Part shown: positions 26,461 to 40,354 of the stretch, piece after piece
How the letters are laid out: the number at the start of each line of letters is the position of its first letter
Position numbering within the stretch: position 1 is the first letter of the stretch
DNA from: Takakia lepidozioides
Lineage: Eukaryota; Plantae; Bryophyta
Length of the DNA stretch: 64,000 bases
Direction of reading: 5' to 3'
Assembly: GCA_030704615.1 (NCBI GenBank)
Contig: CM060732.1
Coordinates: forward strand, 74,710,001-74,774,000
The notes under the pieces: model-generated
The model's database searches: none
The model's input: only the letters and a program-made list of their open reading frames with translations
Told to the model about the DNA's origin: nothing
Translations under genes and position numbers: made by a program

Positions 26461-29400
26461 ATGGGGAGGACGAAGAAGGGAGGGGGGAGCGGGCTGGAGG
26501 GAATGAAAGCATGCTACAAGGCTGCCAAGAGTAGCGGGGATCGGGAAGAGGAGGCCAAGTGGGCCAACCAGATAGGGCACGCCTACAAGGAGCGGGGGGA
26601 GTATGTGGAGGCGCTCACCTGGCTGAGGCTGGATTACGACATCTCACTGAAGCGAAAACCTGTAGATGGAGGGCCGATGATAAACATAATGCCATCCTGC
26701 CAATCGCTGGGAGAGGTGTATCTGCGGCTGGAGGATTTCGATGAAGCTCTTGTGTATCAGGTATTCAAGCTCAGGCAGTGGTTTTTGTAGTTGCGTAGGT
26801 GCTGTGCACAATGCTGACAGGGTGCGTGCATGGGATGGCAGCAAAGGCACTTAGACCTGGCGACGGAGGCGAAGGATGTGCTGGAGCAACAGCGAGCCAG
26901 CACACAGCTGGGGCGCACCTACATGGACATGTACGAGCAGCGGGAGTGCCCGTGGGCTCTATCGAGAGCCAAGGAGAATTTATACATGTCTCTTAACCTT
27001 GCCCGCTCACTGAAGGCCAATCCACCTCCTGATAAGAGTTCATCCTCCTTTTTGGAGGAGCTGGTGGATGCGATCAATAACCTGGGGATGTTTAAAATGT
27101 TGAGAGAGGAGCCGCAGGCGGCGTGCGAGGTGTTGCTGGAGGGGCTACAATTGTGTGACGAGGAGGAAGTAGGCGAGAATGACGCCACGCGCTCGCGCTT
27201 GCACCACAACCTGGGCCGCCTCTACGGGGAACAGCGCCAGTGGGAACTTGCCCTCCGTCACACAGAAAAGGACATTAGTATCTGTCGCGTGCTACCACAT
27301 CCGCAGGGGGAGGCCAAGGGGCTCATCAACCTTGGTCAGTTGCACTTCAAGTGTCAGCGCTACACTGAGGCCCTGCAGTGCTACAGCAATGCACTGAGGA
27401 TAGCACAGAAGCTGCAGGATGAAGATCATCTAGCCAGCGATGCACAAACAAACATCGAGGTTGTGCAGGAGGCCATTGAAAAAATGCAGGTTTTTAAAAG
27501 GGCCATGGAGCAGCATGTTAGTTTACAGAAGAAGGTGGATGCAGCTAAAGGCTCTGCCTCGGAACGAAGCCTGTATCTGCAAGAGTTTAAAGCTCTGAAA
27601 GACCTCCTTTCAAAAGCATTTGAGCTTCAAGCGTATGATCAGGTGTGGTTGGTGCCCTCTACCTTCTTGTTTGAAGGAGAAAGAAAAATTAAGCTTAGAG
27701 CAGAAGGAACATCATTGTCTACCTCTCTTCTGGACTCAAATGTTACATTTCGGTAATGAACAGCGACCCATTTTAGATCTGATTGTCCTAGCCGATTGAA
27801 TCTGGAGCTGTCTGTTGCTTGTGAACATGGTAATGTGCAGCTCTGATGTGCTGATTGCAAATGTCTTACTGCTCTTGCTCTCTGATTGTCAAAGCTGATG
27901 CTTACATCAGTTCATACTAGTAGATAAGTTGCCGTTCACTGCCTATAATGTAATATATTGATGGCAGCCTGTGGTTTGTGTACTGGACTTGAAGTACTCA
28001 TTGTACACCTAGAAACCCAAGAGCTGATGCTGGTGCTCTGGCTGTTTACACTGTACTAGGACATCCGAGTCATGTTTGTGCTTGTGAATTTTTCATCAGG
28101 CCTGTTGTTGATGCCAAGCTCACAGTAAACAATGGCTTTTGAACACATGAAACTTGTGATTTCTCCTCTGTGGGGCTCCAATGTACGCAGCACTCTCACA
28201 AAGTATGTTTGCAGCATCTGAGGTTGGCAAAACGGTTGAAGAATGTGGTGACATTTTTGGGAGATATGGAGAAATTAGGTGATACCTTGGGTACAATAGG
28301 TGAGGCGTACGATCATCTTCGCAATCATGAAAAGGCCAAGAAGTGGCATCATCGGAGCTGGCAGGTCTCCAAGAGATTGGAACACTTAGAGGTGAGGATC
28401 TAACTGCTACTGGTGCAAGTCTTGTATGGTGCTACTCTCCTCTTCAGCACTTACATGCCCTTCTTTCTGATGGCAGGGGCAGGCGGTTGCTAAAATAAAC
28501 TATGCCAACGCCTTGGATGCCTCTGGAGACTGGAATGGTGCATTGCAGGCCTTTCAAGATGCTTATGCGTAAGGCCTCTACTTTCTGACCTCTGTTGTTG
28601 CATGAGAGTCCCAGCAAAGATTGTTGGAAGATTATTGCTACAGCTACTGTGTAGAACTTCCATCTCACTTTTCTGTTCAGTACGTCTTCTCTTTCCTTCG
28701 TTCATTAAGCTCTGAGAGCTTCTTGTGGGTGTTCTTAAGTTCCTTTCTATTCTTCAGCGGTTCTCCAATAGCATTATAGATTAGACAACATTATGCCTGC
28801 TTGTGCTGGTGCATCTGTGAGAATCATCTGCTGCTTGGCTGTGGCTTCCAGTTACCCTTCTTTCTCTTTCTCTCATGGCCACCTATGTTCCTTTGTTTTC
28901 ATCAATTGCACTCCCACATTGTTTGTCATGTATCCCCTCTCTTTGTTTGTAGTTGGGGCATTTAATTCCCTTAACTTGACTTGGAGTAGGTTTGTATGAA
29001 TGCAGTTACTTACATTCAGAGCAATTGGGCAATTTTTTCTTCACTTCCCATCTTTCAATGAGTATCCGCCGCTGGGCAGTGCATGTGTACTTAGTTCCAG
29101 TTTCTTATGGCATGGCAGGATTGCAAAGGGCTCACACCTGCTTTCTCAGGAATTGATAGCCCTGGAAAATATCCATTACTGCTATGTTGTGCGCCTGGAA
29201 CGTCTCAACAAGGCAAGGTACAGCACCTGGCAAACTACTTGTAGCGTTCTCAAGCTGGGGATTCGAGTCGACTTTTGCAGGAGTCTCATTTAATGTTACT
29301 GAAGGAACTTTCATCCTTCGTAGTATTGGATGCTGGGAGTTATGACTGGTGGACTCTATTGTGGAGCATGGCTGTAGGAAATTGGAGCCAGAGCTTGAGA

Positions 29401-32400
29401 GACTGAAGCAGCTGAAGGAGGAACAATTGAATAAGGATGGAGAGAATAGCCGGTGCTCAGAGACTGACAGTGAGGCTGAGACTGATTGTGCCCACCCTGG
29501 TTCAGATGAGAACATGCAGGAAAATGAACCTTTTACCCCCAGTAGTAGGTCAACTTTACTGGAAAGAAGAAACACGAGATCTAATGACAAGACTTTGCTA
29601 GGCAACAAGCAGCAGGACTACGCTGCAACCAGGCCTAGAGCTGAGAATGGTGGCAGCAAAGCAACGAAATCACGGACACCCCTTCACCGCAAACGCTCTC
29701 GCATTGTGGTGTCTGATGAGGAAGAAAGTGGTGATCTATTGGAGAGTGAAAGTCCCCGACATCTTTCTAAGAGAAAAGGACGAATAAAGAGTGCCACAAC
29801 TGCTGGTGAGGCACCTGTACAGTTGGGTTTTCTAAGTGCAACAAAAAGGAAGGCAGGGTCTGCTGGCAAAAGAGTACCAGCCACTTTGGAGGCTCAAACA
29901 TTTACTCTCAGCTCTGATGATGACGAGCCCCTTGTACTGCTGAGGAATCCAACATGTATTGATTCAGATGTGTGTGCAGTGTTTGACTCCCCTCCTCTGT
30001 CACCCATACAGAACTGCATGGTGACTCCTAGTGATCGGCCTCCGAGTGGTGGTCAAGGCCTGCTGCACGGAACGGCAGTGCAGCAAGAGGCTGGAAAGAG
30101 CTCCAGACCCAGGAGCAAAATTGGTGTGGAGGATGCTGCATTAGCTGCTGATTCTAATCAAGGGGAAGCTCTCCCATTGTCCAGCAAATCTACCAAGCCA
30201 TTGGATCCGAGCAACTTAGGGGGCTCGTCTGGCAAGGTTGGGATATTGCCAGGCAAGTGCATGGATGTGATGAACCCACCTGACATTCCACCTGTTGCAA
30301 AGTCTGATAAACTGTTACAAGTCATGATCTTTCCTCACAACAAGACTGGGCTGCATAGTCTGCGAACTCGCGCACAGCATGAGATCTCCAAAGCATCTGC
30401 GGATGTAATAAATAGCGTGGACATTAGTAATTTGAAGGAGGACATGGCGTTATCTCACTTGACTCCAGCTCAACGGAAACGAGACAATCCCCTTGAGTTT
30501 GTCACTCCACGTCGAGGGCTAGAAGTTGTGGAGGGCGATGTGGCAGAAGGTAATTTAGGAATGTCTGAATGTGGAATTTTTGTGGAAGATTCTCATATTG
30601 ATATCCACCAGTCAACTTCGACCAATCATGCTGCTGCTAGTTCCCACAATATCGGTTCTCTGATGGAGTTGAACTTCCCAGAGGTGAGTTTCGTTAAAAA
30701 AAACCATCAATGTCTCTGATTTTGCAGAGCATCCTCAGCTTCATTACTACACTCTATGGATCTTTAGTGACAAATTTCATTCTTACATATGCATATGCAC
30801 ACACATCTACAGAGGTAACTTCTGCTACTGAACTAGGCCTTCATCACTACTTTTCCCTCCCCTCTTTCCCATCTTCTCATCCTCCCCTCCTACCAGACCT
30901 CCTACTACCCTAATGTAGTGAGCACATTTTCTCCAGCACAAGGCTTTAGGGACATCCAAACACCCTTCCCTTCTTTTGTTTCTTTCCTTCCTCTTTGAGC
31001 TTACCACAAATGCCATAAAAAAATTTCTCTTTCTTTGTTCTTGGGCTGCTTGCTAGGGCCCCAATCTCTCTTTGTTTCATGCTTTCTCTTGTCCCATAAG
31101 CTCTTCGAGCTTTTACGGACGTTACAAAGTTTCATTTCATTCCATCGCTTCCCTTCTTTTTTTCAGGTCAAGGTGGGGCAAGAGAGGGTGGGGTTGGAGG
31201 GGGGGGGAGGGGGCTGTCCTTGGAGAACAGTTTGTGATCTGTTACAGCTATCATGTGCACATGCAGTGGAGGAGCAGATGACTAATTAGTGGTATGGATG
31301 TTGTGAAGGTGCCTCTGATTGTGCCGGTCAGCATTAACAATCAGACATTGCGAGTGATTCTGAGGAAGTCGGATGGTTCACGTTCAATGAGGACAATTGG
31401 TTGGCTGATGGATGAAATACTTCAGCTTTATGCCTGCGACACTTCAGCAGGTACCAAGGTTGTATTTTAGGTAACTCAATTGAGGATAGCATCCACTTTA
31501 TGTTGCAGATTGATGTTAAAGTGGGAGGTCCTCTTTACTTCACAATGAATGATACCACACCTCATTCCACTTAGAATCATGATGACTGTCTACAGCTATG
31601 GCCATCCTTGGCTGTGAGTCATAGGATGTATCAGAAGAGGATTGATGCTAGAAAACTGTATGTAAGGCTGGAAGGTTTCTGTTAAAGGTTCTTCTCCCTA
31701 CTGAAGTGAGCCTTCAGTGATGGTAGTGCATCCTTACTTTCTGCTCTTTATTTTCCCCTTAATTCTAAACCACCTTTCTCCACCATTTTCAAGAACATGT
31801 GGAGCCATCATAGCAGGAACAGTTCCAATAAGTGCTCTGTCTCCTGAACCCCATCACCCTCATCCTCCTCTTTGGTGGCTTCTCTTCTAGTGCTGGGTGA
31901 GAGTTATTTATTCCAGGTTGAACTTTTGGCAGCACTACACTGGTAGTCGGGCCAACCTCTGCCAGTCGTCTAGAAAGTCTGCCTGCTGAAGTTCAGCTTC
32001 CTGGCTAGATGCTGTTGCCCTCCAAAACAGTTGAAGTATATGCAGGTCCTAGTAAAATTGAAAGCATCAATTTTATTCTAATATCCTGGATGTGGAAAGG
32101 AATTCCTTGTAGGCATGTTGAGGTTTGCAATTCCTTGTAACATGACTCCACTTCCAATGACCACTGAGATTGAGGGAAAGGATCTCTCAGCTAACTGAGG
32201 CAGGCATTGATGATGAGGCACAATGTATGTGGTTGCAGGTAAAAAGCCTGTCAGTTTGAGACTAGAGTTCAAAGGAGCCTTACTCAAGCCTGTCCAAATT
32301 GCTACGGAAGTCCTGCATGACATAACAGCTGAAGACAAGGTTGAAGCCATTATCCAAGGTTTGTCAGGATTTCTCGTGTTCATCACCTGAGGTGCAGGAA

Positions 32401-35400
32401 ACTCTCATAACCAAACAGCCGTGACTGTTTAATGCTTGATTGTTAATAAAATTGCTATTTAGGTTGAGAAATGATTGTTCGCCACTCAAACGCTGAGGTG
32501 AGGGCAGAACAACTATGGATGCTATATAGATTTGACTGCAATATTCTTGTATTGCTGTATTTGGCACAGGTTGGGTGCCCATGCCATTGGTGGAGCGGTA
32601 TGAGGCTAACTGTGCTGCCGGCCGCAGTAGTATTAATTCTGCCCTGGTCACCAAGCTGAATAATCTCAAGGTAGTGTGGATAGCTCGATCCCTTGTATGA
32701 TTGTCAAAAAGCCATAATAGTACACTACAATATGTCAATCAGAGCAACTGAGCAGTGCATTTATGTGCAGGGCTCCTATGAGGAGGTGGATGCATCAGGA
32801 TGCAAGCTGCATGATGCTGCTGCTCAGCCCTTAATTGCTGCCTTGCATGAGAGTGATGCCGTCTCTGTTCTGGACCTGTCTCATAACTTTCTAGGTCAGC
32901 CTACTCCTGGACCTTGCGTTGCAGGTTAAGGGAGAAAGAAACTGCAGAGAGGTAATTACTCCAAGAGAGATGCAAGAAATATTGTATGGCATGCTCCATA
33001 GATGTAGCAGCCTCACAGGTCTTTTCATATCTGTCTCCAACTGTGATTGATTGAACGCAAACTAGAATGTGCAATTGACATGATTGGTTGCTGACATGCA
33101 GGCAATGGAACAGTGCATGCAATCCAGGAGATGATAGCAGCCACCAATCACAGTGATCTAGGGCTTACCTTGGATCTGCACCACAACCAGTTGGGTGCTG
33201 GCTCTCTCATGCAGGTCCATGTCTTAATTTCTAGTCTCCTTTGAGTGGACAAATAATTTAGCTTATTTCAGTGGAACATTTAATAAAAACCTGCAATCTT
33301 CCTGTTAAGGACAAGCAAATCCCACCAAGATGGTCCTGCTGCTCTTTATTTATCTTCTTTTCCAGAATGAAAGTAGTTGATTCAATAAAAGCTGGAGGAG
33401 TTGCTCAGGTCAGAATAGGTTGGACATTAACTTCAACCCTGTATTTTAACAGATTTGTCGGTGTCCTGTGACACTGTCTCGGCTCGAAGTTCTTAAATTG
33501 TCAGGCAACCGCCTCACAGATGCAGCTGCCCGCCATCTGGCTGTTATTCTTGCAGAAAATAAAGGCAAGAATGCCACCTAGACAATCATAACTTCACTTG
33601 TTCCTCCTCGTTTATCAGGGATCTTATCTTTGTACAGGATATGTATTTCTGTGTAGGGTTGTATTTCTCACTGTTAGTTACATGGGGAGATCAATCTGGA
33701 CATGAGAGTACTCTTAGGGTGTCAAAAAAGTTACATTGCAAGTCTTAACTTGCTCTCCATTCAGTTTAGTAGATCTATGGTGGTTGGTACTTCATTGTAA
33801 ATATCTCCTGTTTGTAGGGCAGGTTGTGATCTGTTAAGTGTTTGAACTGCAAGTTTAAGATTAAGCATGACATGGTGGGACCTGTGGGGAGTTGGTGGCT
33901 CAGCCTTGGCAACCTTGGAAGTGGAAGCATGTGGACTTACGACACGCACCATACAGCAAATTGGTAGCTCCCTGCAGCCTGGGTCTGCTCTTGTCAAACT
34001 TTCAATTGGTAAGTTGTTTGATCACTTGGTCAACTCCAGGTTCACATCCACTTATTACGTTAATGCTGAAGGAAGTAAACTCAACAAGCTTATTGAGTAG
34101 TCTGATGCTATGCAGGTGAGAACAATCCTATCGCAGGCAATGCAATGGCTCTCCTACTTCAGAAGCTTTCCACCCTTAGTAGGTATGAAGCAGTCTCACC
34201 TGTTTGTCAGAAATGATCTCATGTTCCTTGTATTTGGGGTTGACTTTAATTTCCATTGCTTTCCAGCTTCACTGAACTTGACATACGAAGGGTGGAGCTT
34301 GATCAAAAAGGAGTGGTGGCCATAACAACTCTCCTGCGCACATCATCAAGTATATCTGTAATGAATATGGCAGGATGCGACATTCAGAATGTAAAAATTC
34401 TTGTCTTTAACTTTTGTTGCTTGTTGTTGTCTCATTCCAATAAAGAGAAGGGGATTGATGACAAGTGAGAGTTAGTGAAGGGATAGATGGATGTGATACT
34501 ATCGCTGAATTTTTCTTGCAATCAGCTAGACCTCCATCATAAGACATTTTCTGTGTCTCATCCTTCTCAATAATGACAAGGACTAAAATAGTTGGAGGGC
34601 GTTTGCTATGCAGCACAATGCACAGGTCATGTGCCAAGGCATGGATGGTCCCTCTTTGCAGCTTTCAAAGCTGGACCTGTCACAGTGTGGCTTTAGCCTG
34701 GAGCCAGCTGTAAAGTTATGCGCACAGGTCATGGCAACCCAAGGTCTTGCCTTTCTCAATCTCAGCAACAACGATCTCAACCAGCAGGTTCCTATCCGCC
34801 CCTTTTTTTTGTCAGCCAGGTTATCCTTGGAATCTGCTGTGGTAGTTGTTGCTAAAGCCCCTGGAGCTGTATGGGTTTGGAAGTCTCTGTGAAGGTGGCT
34901 AACACAGCTTTTTGTGAATGTAGGCTGCGGAAGTGCTTGCACTGACACTTGCCAAAGGAGGATGCCGCTTGAAGTCCCTCTTTTTAAACAACTGTAAACT
35001 TGGGCACAGTGGTGTTCTCACTATCCTGAGTCCCCTTCAAGGCTTGTTCTGCACCCTTCACCAAAAGCTAGCATTGAACTGTTGCATTGGTAGCCCTGAT
35101 GAATGACTTTTTTGCTGTGTGATTTCATTAAAATTTCCTCCATGGGATTTGCAGGGAATTCCTTGCTCTGGGAGCTCCATATGGCTGGAAACTTTAGACC
35201 TGAACCGCAGGAAAGCCTGCTCAGGGCAGCGGCGTTGCCTCAAATAGATCACAGACGACCTGCAGACAGTAGCAACATAAGTTACAAGCAACAGCAAGGG
35301 CATCCACTCAACCATGCTGGTGCAGCCAGTGCGCTGTCTTCCGAGCTTGCCAGTGTGGAAGATGTGGACAAGAGGAGGTGTGCAGTGCCTGTGCCCAAAG

Positions 35401-35936
35401 CCACCGTCGATAACGGTGCAGGGTCCTCCATGAGTCATGATAAGCATTCCACTGCTAACTGTGATACTGCAACTCAGAATTTCGAACATGAGTCTGGCAG
35501 ACACGGAGACAAGCCTCTTGAATTGAAGCAGAGCAGTCTTGAAGTTTGTGACCACAACAGCAGCGACAGAACCTGTACCCAAGACAATGACAGGCAGGAT
35601 GTGTTTCGAGGGCTGCAACAGAATCTCGAGAGTCAGCCTGCAGAGGTTATTAGTGAAGTCGGTACAGGAGTTTGCACTATAAATGCCAATGACATAGTCT
35701 CAAGACTTGACGACCCAACCATGCAGGAACTAGTGGCAAGTATTTTACGGGCACAAGGCCTTCGCTGCCTGGATCTGAGTGACAATGGTTTCACTTCTAA
35801 GGATTTGCAGCAGTTGAGTGTGGCCTGGGGCGCTCGTCTAACTGGAATCACTTCACAACAACAAATAACAGCTCACTTGTTCGTGCCGGATGGCAGGCGT
35901 TGCTCTGCCTATGCCACTTGTTGTTCTAACCACTAG
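26461..35936 (+). CDS. TSK: TONSOKU/BRUSHY1/MGOUN3 (TPR + ubiquitin-like + LRR genome-stability protein), about 16 exons
   Basis: N-terminus [67 protein letters not shown]; LRR exons [45 protein letters not shown]; ends LDLSDNGF...CC SNH* at 35936. Confidence 0.93.
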
Positions 35937-36991
35937 CCATGCTGTAGGGCACGGTAGAAATGCCTGATCACAGTTAAGTTAGCAGCTAGCTGACCTCCCT
36001 AACAAAGTTGGTGTGTTCTCTTCTCCTTGTTCTCATATCTTCAAATGAGCTTGCAAAATGCAGCCAGCCCAAACTGGTCGACCAAACCTCCAAAAGGTTT
36101 GGGAATAATTTCCTGGACTATTGGCAGGAGAACAATGTTGTCTCTTCATCCTACATCCACACTTAATGTTTCCACACTCCCCCATACCGTTCTTGTGTAT
36201 CGGCAGTTGTGTCATCAACAATGTCTTGCCTACAGAAAGGTGCCCACTGCCCACCTTCTCTTATCAATTTTGCTACCTTACTCGTGTACACACTGAACTA
36301 CTATCAAAATCGACCAAGTTACTTTTGAAATGGACGTTACTTTGAAAGTGTGCATTTTCTCCCCACTCTCATGAAACGACCTGATTTGCATTCATTCAGA
36401 ATGTTGCTTTCAAGCTAAATGTATCAAAATACTTCAATCTTTTATTTTTGGAATCATGCTTTCAAGTTACATATATATATGGCCTTTCTTCTCTTTAATA
36501 GTGCATATATGTGGTCTGATGCATAACATGAGCTGATTGTTGTTCAAGGGGCCAATTGAGGCTCCACTATTCACTGAAGTCGAAGTTGATGAGAAAATCA
36601 GATCAGTTTACTTTCATACAATTCCCTGTAGCATTGAGCCATGGTTGATCACCTGTTGCCATGCACACAAGTCAAAATTCATGTACAAGACATGTCCAAT
36701 CCTCTCCCTCCTGGGTATAACTGCCTCGGCATGAGATGTCCTATCAGTATGATGGCAACCCAGTATTTGCATGATCAAGCAAGTCACATTCACAATTGCC
36801 CTTTCAAGTGATGGTCATCACTGCCATGGGTGTGCCCAAGAACAATCAAATGCGCAGAGGCGAGCGTACAAGCCTCTACCCTGTTTAATGAGATCTTAAC
36901 CCTTCAGTGTACAAGCTGCCATACATACGACACGTCCTCAACCTTCATTGTTTACAGAGAAGAAAAGAACCTCAGGGGAAGACAAAACTTC

Positions 36992-39900
36992 CTAAGAAAT
37001 GGTACCAAGATATTCCAAAACCTCCTGCTTTTGCTCACTACTTTGGCAAGCCTCCATGAGGGCAGTCCTGGATTTTTGATCAGCAGTGCAGCCAGCGGCA
37101 AGCATCTCCTTAAAATACGTGAAGGCAGAATCAAATTTGGCCTCTTGGCCAAAGTTGCGCACCAGGACAGTGTAGATGGTCTGATTGGGCTTAATGCCAG
37201 CACCCTGCATCCTCCTAAAGGTGCGCAGCAGTGCCTCTGTATTTCGCACACTCGCATAGCCTAACATCAGGGTGCCAAAGGTCACCACATTTGGCTGTAT
37301 TCCTTCCTTCTTCATTCTCAAAAGTAGTTTCTCTGCCTTCGCCATATCTCCCACATTTACGTATGCAGCCATTAGGGTTGTATACGAGTGTATATCTGGC
37401 CGACACCTGCTTTGCACAGGGGCATTTTCACATCAAAAAACGCTGAACCTCAAAAGTTTTATGTTGTTCAAGCATCACCTGTCCCCAAAGAAATAACCAC
37501 AAAAGGATTGACAGTGACACATGTGAAATACCTGTCCTTAGCCATCTTCTTGAAGACAGTCTCCGCCCCCTCTAATTCTTTGGCTTTTGCATATGCATCC
37601 AGCAGAGCATTGTAGGTTATCCTTGTAGGCCTACAGGCAAATTAGCATATTGCACATCAGAAGGGCTGGCGCAGGAATTCATGATGAACTAGAATGTGGA
37701 TATGGTCTCCTGTAGTCAAGGGAACAGATGATCTCAGATCCTTCAAATAAATCACAAAAGCACCACACATTAAAGTCTCCCAAAAGTGTTCACCTAACAG
37801 CTGAACACACCCCTGGAACAAGGATTAGTGGAAAGACAGCCCATTAAAATTGGAATGAAGGAACTGAGACAACTGTTTCACCTGATTCCAGAAGCAACCA
37901 TCTCCCGAAACACAGCCTGTGCCTCCTCGACTCGCCTAGACTTGGAATACACGTTGATCAAGGCGGTATATGTGACAACGTCAGGCTTGATGCTGGCAAG
38001 CTGCATCTGAGAGCAGGGGCAGAGCGACCTGTCAGATTACCATCAACCTTTATCAGCTTCCTATGCCCCCCACGCTTATTATCTCTGTGTTGAACCGCTT
38101 TCCGGCAAGTGATGAATCGCCAATAAGCGATTCAAACGACCCTCACCATCTCTAAGTGTCAGGGAAATATGATTAAAAAGTGTGAACGTACAGATAAAAG
38201 ATCTGGCACTCTATCACCCAAGCCTATGGCAAGCCGACCCTCCGCAGAAAATAATTACGACTGCGGCACTAGACAGTGTAACTGCCAAGGCCAAGTCAAC
38301 GCGTCTGCTGGAGAGGCTGAATAGGTCAGCAGTTTCCTAGCAGTTCTGAATTGGTTGATGGCTATTATCATGTTCAATAGCTGGATGCCTAAGGAGAATA
38401 TTGTTATCATTAGCTCAGCCATATTAGCTCAGCCATTATCATTAGCTCAACCAAATCCTGTTGGGTGAGTTCTCACTCACCTATGTGCAAATAGAAAAGG
38501 AAAAGATTCCCTTCCACAATCCCATGCACTACGAATATAGATAACTCAATCATCATTGCCCCTGCCATTACCAGTCCACATAGCAGAGTCCCAGATCCTG
38601 TAATGCTAATACTATCCCATTTTCCATCTTGTTGACTCTTCAGAAAGCATATTCCATCCTATTGAACCAAATACAAGCATTTGAAGTCTCCCTTCTACAG
38701 ACTGAGATGGTTCCACTTGGAGTACCTGACGTAGGACTGCCTCAGCATCGGGAACACTCTTCTGGGAAGACATTAAGCTGTTGAAAGTGACAGATGATGG
38801 AAGCAGCCCCAAACCCTTCATTTCACGAAGCAGAGCCTGTGCTTCCGCCACCTTCCCTGACTTCCCATATGAATGGATCATGTAATTGTACAACCTTTCA
38901 TCTGGTTTCAATGTATCCCCTTGGGTCATGCTTGTAAATATCCTGCCAGCTTCCTCAGATTTTCCACCCTGCAAACACAAGTGGATGCTTTGTTAACATC
39001 ATGCATGTCATAGCACAACATTGAAGGAGTTCTGAAACAACACCAGACAAAAATCTGCTCCAATGGCTTCAAGGGGGTTAGGATTATATTCTAACACCAT
39101 ATTCTAGCACCAAGAACTCCGCAAGCTTTCTAACATAGATCACAGGAATACCTCGTGCAACAGCCTAATATATGTTTGATATGTGGCTAAGGTTGGTGCT
39201 GGGCCTGATTCAAGCATTTGTTTGAAGATAGATTCAGCCTTGTCATACAAGCCCTTTTGAGCATATGCCTCAATCAGGGACGTGTGAGGTGCCACTGTGG
39301 GTGCCACCCCTGCATCACGCATCTGCGATAACACAATCTCTGCTTTCTCTGGCTCACCCTGCTTTCCATAAGCTGCAACCAGTAGATTCTGGTCCTCGAG
39401 ACCAAACTTCCACCACTCTTGCTCCCTTAACCACTCGAGTACCTGCAATAAGTACCCAATAGGTTTGAAGCAGTTCAATACAACATAACTAAGGTCCTTA
39501 CAACTCACTCTAGAAAACCCATCTATTGCTCTAAAGACTGGATGACTGGAATAATCAAGACCAAACAAAATAACAACATGCCCAAGAGCATAAGTCCATG
39601 ATACTCTGACTTAAGCTATCTGGTGCGCCCCCACCCCGCCACAAGCTGCACATCCTTTAACCTCCAATACCCCTTATAAGCTGTTGTCTACCGACAGACA
39701 TGTTACTCACATCAATCACTGTTGCCCACAACTGAAGCTGCTTAAGCCGCACAAGAGTGCCCACAACAGTCTTCTTGGACAGTTTGCCTGCCTCCCTGTG
39801 ACTACTCAAAACTGCAATTGCGGATCCTGCCGCTGCAATTTCCTTCATCATCTTCTCCCATCGGAGCTGACTTTTAGATTCTCTAATACTGGACTCTTCC

Positions 39901-40354
39901 AGCTGCTTCACCCTTTTTGGTACAATGGCAACCGAGGCCTTCAATTCTGCCATTCCTCGCAAACTTTGTTCTGGTGGGGCTTCGTTCAGTAGGAGAGCCC
40001 GCATGAGCAGCCGTTTAGAGATAAAAATAGGGGTGTCCCTAACACCCTTTGATTGCTGCTTCCAGCTGGATTCCAGTGGTTGATGGCCATATAACCTGCA
40101 TGGATGACAGATACTCAAAACAACATTATACTACTCCTTGCTATTGACAGATGAAGTCCAGAAGAAGGTGAAATTGCCGTCCAAATTCACGAGCAATAAC
40201 CAACAAATACAAATTTTCAGGCAAATCGAGAACGGTTAGATATCAGAAGTGGCAGAGCTACGAGTAAATACTTGGACTCATCCTAAATGTGCATAGAGGC
40301 ACGTACACACCTTGTCTGAGGACAACATAAGTGCAGAAGTTGAAGTGTGGCCAT
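36992..40354 (-). CDS. P-class pentatricopeptide repeat protein, At3g59040-like, multi-exon
   Basis: Exon 40311-40354 (MATLQLLHLCCPQTR, phase 2) joins LYGHQP...VVGTLVRLKQLQLW; then LEWLREQEWWKF...LLVAAYGKQG and tandem 35-aa P repeats ending EVLEYLGTIS* at 36992. A probable non-coding first exon lies near 40868-41000. Confidence 0.85.
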
